NCBI RefSeq assembly: GCF_009914755.1
Contig: NC_060942.1
From: the human T2T-CHM13v2.0 reference genome, Homo sapiens
Strand: one strand, 5' to 3'
DNA length: 64,000 nucleotides
The position numbers and the translations under genes were made by a program. The notes beneath the pieces were generated by a model that saw only the letters and a list, made by a program, of their open reading frames with translations, had not been told where the DNA came from and did no database searches. This document shows, one piece after another, positions 54,460 to 64,000 of this stretch. How positions within the stretch are numbered: position 1 is the stretch's first letter; each line of letters begins with the position of its first letter.

Positions 54460-55070
54460 GTTAAAATTTAAGTAGAAATAATGTTAACTCTTATACTTAG
54501 ATTCTTTAAAGTATCTGAAAGTACATATCAGCAGATCAGATTGAAAACAAATCTCGACTTTTGTTGACTACAAGTCACACAATATGACTGCTATGAAAAC
54601 CAGCATTAATTTACATTAATAAAAATACTATCTAAGTCAGGCTTTCCTATATTCTATATTCATCTGCTCATATCTGTAGTACAGTGTTCAGTTCTGGATA
54701 AAGTATTTACAAGAATATTGATATATTAAGTCAAATCCACAGGGGAATAGCCAGGATGATAAGAAGGCTAGAAACCAAGTCACTTGATTAAAAGTTACAG
54801 CAGGTGAGAATGTCAATAAAAGAGAAAGCTAAGAAAAATAAAGAGGACTTCTTCAAATATTGGAAGCACTAATATGTGGACAGAGCACTGTTTGTGTTGT
54901 AAAAGCTACTGCTAAGCCATGTATATTAAGAGAATGTTCAGCCAAAGAGTGGTTGCCTATCAAACTGAGCTGTACACTTTAGGATCAAATGACTCTGGGG
55001 TTAGGGACTCCCTCTTAGTCAAGCTGTTCAAACAGGCATTGAAGACACACCTGTTAAGCATTCTTAGAAG
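54460..55070 (+). mobile_element. L3/CR1 ancient LINE fragment
   Basis: catatctgtagtacagtgttcagttctgg...gccaggatgataagaaggctagaaacc resembles the CR1/L3 3' region. Confidence 0.55.
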
Positions 55071-55108
55071 GGATTCTGATACTACAGACAAGGTAACCAT
55101 TGAGGTTG

Positions 55109-56582
55109 TGAGAGGTGACAGCGTGCTGGCAGCCCTCGCAGCCCTCACTTGCTCTTGGTGCCTCCTCAGCCTCTGCGCCCTCTCTGGCCGCACTTGAGGA
55201 GCCCTTCAGCCTGCCGCTGCACTGTGGTTGCCCCTTCCTGGGATGCTCGAGGCTGGAGCTGGCTCCCTCAGCCTGCGTGGAGGTGTGGAGGGAGAGGCAC
55301 GGGAGGGAACCAGGGCTGCCCACTGCACTTACAGGCCAGCTAGAGTTCCGGGTGGGCATGGGCTTGGCGGGCCCTGCACTCGGAGCGGCCAGCTGGCCCC
55401 CCAGCCCCGGGCAGTGAGGGGCTTAGCACCTGGGCCAGCAGCTGCGGAGGGTGTGCTGGGTCCCCCAGCAGTGCCGGCCCACCAGTGCTGTACTTGATTT
55501 CTTGCTGGGCCTTAGCTGCCTCCCTGCAGGGCAGGGCTTGTAACCTGCAGCCTGCCATGCCTGAGACTCCTCCCCACCGCCCCATGGGCTCCTGTGCGCC
55601 CAAGCCCTGACAAGCACCACCCCTTGCTCACGGTGCCCAGTCCCATCCACCACCCAAGGGCTGAGGAGTGTGGGTGCACGGCACAGGACTGGCAGGCAGC
55701 TCCACCTGTGGCCCCAGTGCGGGATCCACTGGGTGAAGCCAGCTGGGCTCCAGAGTCTAGTGGGGACTTGGAGTACCTTTATGTCTAGCTAAGGGATTGT
55801 AAATACACCAATCAGCACTCTGTATCTAGCTCAAGGTTTTTAAACACACCAATCAGCACCCTGTGTCTAGCTCAGGGTTTGTGGATGCACCAATCGGCAC
55901 TCTGTTTCTAGCTAATCTGGTGGGGTCTTGGAGAATCTTTATGTCTAGCTAAGGGATTGTGAATACACCAATCGGCACTCTGTATCTAGCTCAAGGTTTG
56001 TAAATGCACCAATCAGCACTCTGTGTCTAGCTCAAGGTTTGTAAATACACCAATCAGCACTCTGTATCTAGCTAATCTAGTGGGGAGGTGGAGAACTTTT
56101 GTGTCTAGCTCAGGGATTGTAAACGCACCAATCAGCACCCTGTGAAAACGGACCAATCAGCTCTCTTAAAACAGACCAATCGCCTCTCTGTATAATGGAT
56201 GAATCAGCAGGATGTGGGTGGGGCCAGATAAGAGAATAAAAGCAGGCTGCCTGGAGCCAGCAGTGGCAACTGGCTTGGGCCCTCTTCCACACTGTTGGAA
56301 GCTTTGTTCTTTCCGCTCGTTGCAATAAATCTTGGTGCTGCTAACTTTTTGGGTCCACACTGCCTTTATGAGCTGTAACACTCACCGCGAAGGTCTGCAG
56401 CTTCACTCCTGAAGCCAGCGAGACCACGAACCCACCAGAAGGAAGAAACTCCCAACACATCCAAACATCAGAAGGAGCAAACTCCAGACACGCCGCCTTT
56501 AAGAACAGTAACACTCACCGTGAGGGTCTGTGGCTTCATTCTTGAAGTCAGTGAGACCAAGAACCCACCAATTCCGGAAACA
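55109..56582 (+). mobile_element. LTR12 (C/D-like) solo LTR of ERV9
   Basis: TGAGAGGTGACAGCGTGCTGGCAG...ccaattccggaaaCA with 4-bp TSD GTTG on both sides. GC-rich 5' U3, tandem CCAAT subrepeats, AATAAAA box at about 56235 and AATAAA at about 56324. Confidence 0.96.
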
Positions 56583-58930
56583 GTTGTTTCTCCCATCCTG
56601 AAATATGCGTGCAAAAATCACATAATCAGAGAATGGATTTCACTTCCCAAATAAAACCGAATTTATCATTACAATAGTCAATGGTTTTGAAACATTATAA
56701 TTTTTTAACAAGTAAAAATGTTTGAGGTCCATGTACAACCCAGAGCAAACTGTTAGAATGGAAATAAGATCCTCTTCTATGGTGTTTGCCCTCACCACGC
56801 AATAACTATATCACAGTCTTTGGCTACAGAAGACAACATGGACCACTGAGATGATTGTCAAGGAGGGTTTTTAAATGGATTGATTTGGAAATAATGCCTT
56901 TGTTTCTTCCCTTGCTCATGTGCTGTGCTAAGCGCATGCCATCAAAGCCAGGGAGATAAAGTGAACTTTATTTGTTGAAATCACAAGCAACATTCATTCT
57001 CATATAGCTCCTGAGAATGAAAGGAGAAACCTACCATTTCCCACATTTGTTTTTATTTTAGAAATGTGCATCTAATTTAACATCCACCTGACTTTTATTT
57101 TCCTTCATGAAAGGATGTCAGATACGATAAGGATCAGTTAAGTTAAAAGCCACTTTCAGCCTCATTGTCCCTTTGTGTTAACAAAACCTCATAAAAGCAG
57201 ATGGATAGCCAAAGCCAACTTCTTTCTATGACCATCCAAAGATAAACACTCTGTGCCTTATCAGCTGAAAAGGGAATTCTTCATTTTTATCAGAGAATAG
57301 ACTTTATTTTAGTTGCTTAGTTTGAAATAAAAATCGATGGCCCCATTTGGCATTGCTTAAAAAGAATCTTTTAAAAATATTATTAAACCACAGAGAAACA
57401 ACTAGCTCTCCCAAGAATTTATTTCCCATATAAATCCTGAGTTAAACAGCAAATGCTAACTTTTGGCTAACAAACTGAATGAAGATAGAAGTGTAGATTC
57501 TATATAAGCTATCAGGAATTTTAATGAGGTCATAAAACTAAATTCCCTCATTATAATTATTTCAAATGATTAATAAAAAGTTTGTATCCCAAGTTTATAC
57601 CAAAAGTCTTACCTCATAAATGTATTTTACTAGCTCACAATATACTCTTTCCCAGACCTCAGAGAATCATTCACAGACTTCTCAGATCCTATCTCTATAA
57701 CCCCTCTGTTCATATTGATCCCCTGTCCTTTTAATTACTATATGATTTTACCGGTCGTTTGAGAATCATCTATTGCATCACCCTAGCATTTGACTTTTGA
57801 CATGGACTCATCTTCATTTTTTGAATGGACCTTAGTATTCTCAAGACGGAAAGCCATGCTAGCCCAGGGCACCATTTTGCACCCAGAGGTGCTCTATGAG
57901 TGAGCAAATAACATTAAAAGCAGTGAACGCATTTGGGAAAAGTTGTCTACCAAGGAAGTGGGAGTCTCAAAATTAGAAACCAAGTTGCCTCACTCATGGG
58001 CCCAGATTCCTTCTTCTTTATCACCTACCTCCATTGCATTTCAGTCCCAAGTATTGGTCACTTTAGGGAACAACTGGATAACTATTTAACATATGTAATA
58101 CCTCACTTTCTCTCTCTTTATTGTTTACATTTTAAAGGGTCGGGATGCAGAATTCATCTTGTCCTAGGACAAAAATCAATGGTGAAATTTGAGGTGTTAT
58201 AATTATTGGGGAGATGTTTTGATCTAATCTGGACTTTCTCAAATATCACAAGTTTTATAATAATAATAATAACTGCCAACTCTGCTTATATAAAGCCAGT
58301 CTCTTCAGGTAGTATGCTGGGATAATGACAATGTCATTTTCCAAGCAAACCGGGATCCTCTGCATCAGGACATCCATACTTGGATAGAAAATAAGTGTCA
58401 TCCATATCATGTTCATCATTCTTTCTCACAAACCAAGAGGTGCATTCTGGCTTGCTAGCCCTTGCAGTTCAGCTTTATCTAAAATAGTATAGTGAGAGAG
58501 AAACTTTCAGACATAAAAGAGAAAAATCATCAAATTCTCTATTTGATCAGTAAGTATTATTAATGCAATGGTATAATTTCTGTTTGCTAAACCTGAATTA
58601 GTGACATGGACATACATAATCATTATATAAATTTTATAATAATTTTCTCTTTAATCACTTCCTGTGAGTTTACAAGTAAAATTTGTGCTCAAGCCCTCCA
58701 TTCAACAATGTAAGAGAAACAAGAAGGAATGCAAAGGAAGCATGAGAAAAAGCCCAGCCTTTAAGGAAATAGCAAAGTTGAGGACATCTCTAGGCATTAA
58801 AATACGTAAGAGAGATGAAAAGATAAGGTAAGGTAACATATCATTCCATACACAATTGTGTATATTTATAATAAAATCAGAATAGTTCAAACATAGGAGA
58901 TATTATTTTGAACTAAAGAAAAAGTAGTGT

Positions 58931-59075
58931 AGCTGGGGGTGGTGGCTCATGCCTGTAACCCCAGTGTTTGGTAGACCAAGGCAGAAAGATCGCCTGAGGC
59001 CAGGAGTTTGAGACCAGCCAGGTCAACATAGTGAGACATCACCTCTAAAAAATAAAACACATAAAAATAAAATAA
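58931..59075 (+). mobile_element. FLAM / Alu left monomer
   Basis: ggtggctcatgcctgtaacccc...aacatagtgagac followed by an A-rich tail. Confidence 0.8.
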
Positions 59076-59209
59076 TTAGTGAAAATTAATGAAAATTTCT
59101 TAGAAAATAAGGGTTTCAGCTTTCACTACTAACCAATTTCTAGCTAATTATTTTCTGTAATTATTTTATTAAATATTGGTAATAATGAAAATAGTAACAA
59201 TTATACTTA

Positions 59210-59410
59210 TAATACTAATAACTGACATGTTTGGAGCTTTCTATATGACTGGCACTGATATAAGTAATTTACGTACATTAAAAGTTTTAATTCTTCACAG
59301 AAATTCTATGTGCTAAGCATTTTTATAAGACCCAATTCACAAATGAAGAAATGGAGGCAGAGAGAGGTTAGGTAATTTGCTTGTGTCTATTCAGCTATTC
59401 AAAGTCGTAA
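59210..59410 (-). mobile_element. MIR
   Basis: cccaattcacaaatgaagaaatggaggcagagagaggttaggtaatttgc core. Confidence 0.7.
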
Positions 59411-59836
59411 CTCACTATACAATATTACCTCTCTCATCTACCTAACACTTTCCCCTTTCATTGACATATATTTATTGAGTGTATACTTAATCATTTATTT
59501 TTGTTTATATCCTGATAGCCAAAAAAAAAATTAGAGGAAAATAAAAGAGAAGCTTACAGTGGAAGACCTTAGAGTATAGTCACGCATTAAACAATTATAC
59601 CACAAATGGCCTGGCTTTATCAATGACAAACTATATAACAGAACGAGTGATTCTTCCAGGAACCATTGCTTGTGTGCATGAGCTTGTGCCAGCATGATTG
59701 CCAGGTATTAGTCCACCTCTAATGTTCCTCAAGTTTCTGAGAGTACCCACAGATGCTACCATATGTAGACTCAAGACCCAACTCCTGGTGTCTATGTGTT
59801 TTTGTTGTTGCCTTTTTTGATGATGACTGTCTGAAG

Positions 59837-60105
59837 TTTGTTTTTTGAAACAGAGTCTTGCTCTGTCACTCAGGCTGAAGTGCAGTAGCACCATCTCGAC
59901 TCACCGTGACCTGTGCATCCTGGGTTCAAGCGATTTTCCTGCCTCAGCCTCCCAAGTAGCTAGAACTACCAACACGCGTATTTGTAGTGGAGACGGCGTT
60001 TCACCATGTTAGCCAGGCTGATTTCAAACTCCTGACCTCAAGTGATCCACCCTCCTCAGCCTCCCAAATTGCTGGGATAATAGGTGTGAGCCACAACACC
60101 TGGCC
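59837..60105 (-). mobile_element. AluS with deletion across the linker
   Basis: Antisense Alu lacking the central A-rich linker region near 59975. Confidence 0.88.
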
Positions 60106-60849
60106 AACGATGACCACTTTAAAATTACTTTCTCCTGGTTACAGCCAACTTTCAGTTATCACCACTGGACTCAAACACCTTAATTTACCTCAGTGACCTA
60201 CTATGACCAGACCATTCCATTAGTCCAACAACTTTTTTGGTAAAATCTTGCTAAACAAAGCAGGCTAAAATAGAGAACTATTGCTAATTGAAATGGCAGT
60301 ATCTGGATTTTCCAATGATGCCCTCTACTGTAATACTGCCCTCTACATAAACTCACCTGAAATGTTCACCAGAAATGTCCAGGATCTATTATGCCTTATA
60401 ATCCAGGCCCCGCTAGCATGTATAAAGAAACACAGTGTATCTCCTTCACCCTTACCTAAGTCCCATCTCCCAAGTTTTCATTTCCCTTCATAAAATTGAT
60501 TCCTCCTGCTGATAATGAACAGTAGAAACTCCCACTCCCACAGGATTATTAAATTGGCCTAAAACTTTCATTAGGACAATTAAATTACATTAAAATATAA
60601 TAATACATTATATTTAATACATTATAAATGTCAATTTTATAACATAGAATATCATAGGCTCAACCCAGCTACTTTTTCTGACTCTTCTCCTAAGTGAGAT
60701 GAGGCCCATGACTTTCTGCCACTTGGAGGGACTGGAAATAGATAGACAGAGATGTTAACTCGTTTTCCTGCTCAAGCAAACAAGAACTCACATGTATATG
60801 TCAGACACAGGCAACAAAGAAATAGAAAATGCAAAAGAGGTAATTAAAG

Positions 60850-61240
60850 ACGGTTTAATAATGAGACTACTTAGCCAGATTAAGGGAGGCCAATAGGAAA
60901 TAGTGACATTAGTAATAGCCAGATACTCATTGCAAGTGGAGAATGCTATTATGAGCCCAATGAGGCCTAGTAGGTGTAAGAGATGCCTACCTCTCAGAGG
61001 ATAAAAATCCAGCCATTGCTGCACCACCACCCATCTGCAAAAGAGTGCCTCATTTTTATGAGGCAATAAAAATCTCAAATTATTTTATCCTTGTCCATCT
61101 GAGCTCCTGCTGGTATGTCCCCTTTGCTGAACCCAACCAGAATCCAAAGGCAAGGGGGCACAGTTATGAAGTCTATAGTGGTCAGTACTGAAAGAAGTCG
61201 GGTGAGTGGGCCTGAAACAGCCAACACAGAATGTCCACTA
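60850..61240. mobile_element. Ancient MLT1-type MaLR LTR remnant
   Basis: ctgaacccaaccagaatccaaaggcaagggggc motif typical of MLT1K/L; boundaries uncertain. Confidence 0.45.
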
Positions 61241-61407
61241 AAACACATAACTCAGTGTGATCAGTAGATACTTTATAAAACACAGAAATGTAGATCTATG
61301 CAGATATAACTTTCTGTTGCCAAACAGAATTAAGGTCCACAGAGGCATGGTTCTGCTAAAAGGCTTTCTGGGAATAAAAAGCAACAGTTTACCTAAAAGT
61401 AAATTCT

Positions 61408-61545
61408 GCTGGGCACAGTAGTGGGTGCCTGTAGTCTCAGATACTGAGATAGGAGGATCACTGGAGCCCAGGAGTTTCAGATCAGCCTAGGGAACACAGA
61501 GAGACCCATCTCAATCAATCGATCAATCAATCAATCAATCAATAA
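61408..61545 (+). mobile_element. Alu monomer (FAM/FRAM-like) with (TCAA)n tail
   Basis: gctgggcacagtagtgggtgcctgtagtctcag...gagacccatctc followed by tcaa repeats. Confidence 0.75.
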
Positions 61546-61827
61546 AATTTCACATTTAAATTAAATCTGCTGAAGAAGATAACGTTTCTTAGAAATTTTA
61601 ATTGCAATCATTCTTCTTCTTCTTCTTGTTAATCTACCAGATTTCACAAAGATCTTAGATTTAACAACAGCACATTCTTGCACAAGTACAAAAATAGAAA
61701 GTGCCAAAATGAAAGTGGGTGTGGTGATTTAAACAGAAAATCTCAGCTGAGGACACTTCTTGAAATTGGGCATGGATTTTAGTTCAAGGCATGCTGGGAA
61801 ACTAAAAATATGATGAGTTATTGTTCT

Positions 61828-61955
61828 GTTTTTTTTTCTTCTTTTCTTTCTTTCTTTTTTTTTTTGAGAGGGAGTCTCGCTCTGTCACCCAAGCTGGAGT
61901 GCAGTAGTGCAATCTTGGCTCACTGCAACCTCCGCCTCCCGGGTTCACACCATTC
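61828..61955 (-). mobile_element. Alu right-arm 3' fragment
   Basis: T tract followed by ggagtctcgctctgtcaccc...cccgggttcacaccattc. Confidence 0.85.
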
Positions 61956-63385
61956 AAGTGAATCGGTTTGTCATGAGAAACACCATTTTATCATAGGATC
62001 CTTAATCTGGAGCAAGATCAGAGCAATGATTTAGAAGAACAATCTGGTAGCAATGTTTTAGACTAATTAAAGTAGACAAGATAATAGAAAGAAGACCACT
62101 GGGTTGTAGGCAGGTAGAGAGGGTGGAAGGCATGTATTAGTGATCCATTTGATCAAGAATAGTGTAGGGGCAGAAAAAAGGGAGAGGTACTGGGTAAGGT
62201 GATGCACTGCATGGGAATAGGATTTAGCGATTTAGTGGAAATTGGGGCTGATAGAGGGGGAAAAACTTACACATACATATATTTAGGAGCAGGATAAAGA
62301 AATGATATAGCAATGAGGGAAAGAAATTTTCTGCAATACAAGAGGTAGGTCCATTTGGGGAAGTCAGCAGCTTACATCTGTACTTACCCATCTCTGTTTA
62401 GTGACATTGATGCCAGGACCTGGCAAATAGTTCTATCTTGGATAAACAGATGTCTAAAATGCTTTTATCTATGGTGTCAGAGATCAGGCTTTGGATAGAC
62501 ATCAATAGTGGCACTCACCCACTTCCTTTTACCCCTATTCAAAACCCAGGAAGAAAGGGATCTAGACTTGGCATTGACATGCAACAGTGGCTCACGCAGT
62601 GTGAAGCCATTAGAGAGTCATATTTGCCTTTTACCTCCCTCAGGATTAGGGCTAGAATTTTTGATGGTGTGAAAACACTTGCAAATTGTAAGCAACCAGT
62701 AAATATTTGAATGAATAAATAGATTCTCAATTGAAGAGGCCTAAAAAGAGTGTCGAGTTTTTTTTTTCTTTACATTTATAAGTGGTATCAAGATAGCAGT
62801 AACAAGTCTGCTATATTAAACAAATACTTACTGAGGATCTACTATGTTACAGGAACAGTCTCATAAGCTAGGAATGCCATATAAACAAGAAAGATCTAAT
62901 TCTTGCCCTCATGGATATGGAACTGCATAGATACAACTTATTTTGCAAAGGCCTCAACTCTATAGAGCTGAAAGTTACAGATGAATGGACAAGGTAAAAA
63001 AAGATGAAGTAGGCCTGATAATTTCTGACTCTGATTAAGGCTTGAAAGTAGGAGACTAAAGTAATACTTGCAAGACTTCTTCAAGGTCTGGCCTAGTGCA
63101 CCTCAAAAGAAGCACCAATGAGACTTTGGACAGATGCCTTAGCCAGGAATATACAGAGTGCTACACTATAGGTTTAATGAGAGCAAACCACATGTCTTAT
63201 TTACTGTGGCTAGCACTTTGTAAATCCTCAGTTAATATTTCTGTTTGAATAAAATAATGAACATGCTTTTGTGTGAAAGGAGCAGTTAAAACATTTAAAA
63301 AAATAAAAATTAATAAAAGGTGGCATTTTTTAACCAAAGATTCAAATATTTTATATTTCCATGATAGTTAGAATAACAATGTGCA

Positions 63386-63702
63386 GGCTGGGTGTAGTGG
63401 CTCACTCCTGAAATCCCAGAACTTTTAGTGGCTGAGGCAGGAGGATTGCTTGAGCCCAGGAGTTTGAGACCAGCCTGGGCAACACAGTGAGGCCTCATCT
63501 CTACTAAAAGTAAAAAAAAATAGCTGGACATGGTGGTGTACATCTATAGTCCCAGCTACTTGGAAGGCTGAGGTGGAAGGATCAGTTGAACCCAGAGGTT
63601 GAGGCTGCAGTGAGCCATAATCAGTCCACTGTCCTGCACTCCAGCCTGGGTGACAGAGTGAGACCTTGTCTGAGAAATAACAAAACCCCAAAACCAAAAA
63701 AA
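63386..63702 (+). mobile_element. AluJ
   Basis: ggaggattgcttgagcccaggagtttgagacc...gaggctgcagtgagccataatc (J-type). Confidence 0.9.
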
Positions 63703-64000
63703 CCCAAGATGGTACTTAGGTAAGAATTGATATAAAGTTTAATGGTACAAAACAAACAATCCTCTGTGTGTGTGTATATATACACAAAAAAATTCATATA
63801 TACATATAGAAAATTATGAAATATATACATATTAAGAGAAACATCACATTACTTAATTCCTAAAATTATTAAGGGATACTTATCAAGTTATCACCTCATC
63901 TTATCACATGGACTGAAGAATTTTAAGATAAATTAAAAAGTCAGAGTGAAAAAAAAGAAACCATAAAATACAGAGAAAAAATGCAAGCGAATATATTAAC

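Noticed and set aside
54919-55788. Dense cluster of overlapping GC-rich ORFs resembling a gene or CpG island
   Set aside because: It lies in the GC-rich U3 of LTR12; low stop frequency explains the ORFs.
55790-56180. Regularly spaced direct repeats superficially like a CRISPR array
   Set aside because: These are LTR12 tandem subrepeats with no unique spacers, in a eukaryotic context with no cas genes.

Overview
Human genomic DNA, not microbial. The window covers the 5' end of RIT2 (Rin, a neuronal Ras-like GTPase; human 18q12.3 from recall) on the minus strand. Coding exon 1 is 31288-31186 ([34 protein letters not shown] + G, phase-1 GTAAGT donor). The 5' leader and core promoter lie at about 31290-31650 and include the (GA)11 repeat reported as the human allele. 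Bases 1-31185 are intron 1; beyond about 31460 is upstream flank. No other exon is visible, and the remaining ORF-track entries are L1, Alu, LTR or chance ORFs. The rest is AT-rich DNA with interspersed repeats: L1PA/L1MA, Alu, three THE1 LTRs, a 1.47 kb LTR12, a MER67/31-like LTR, Tigger4a, MER5A, a hAT remnant, MIR, L2 and CR1. Repeat subfamily calls were made by eye. I see no evidence of a wholly new biological system. The most interesting signals are in the RIT2 leader: two stop-start-coupled uORFs, a cryptic splice donor abutting the AUG, an overlapping acceptor-like signal, and a palindrome fused to an RFX X-box. Several readable retrotransposition scars are also present: a twin-primed L1, nested insertions and an orphan TSD-flanked micro-insertion.
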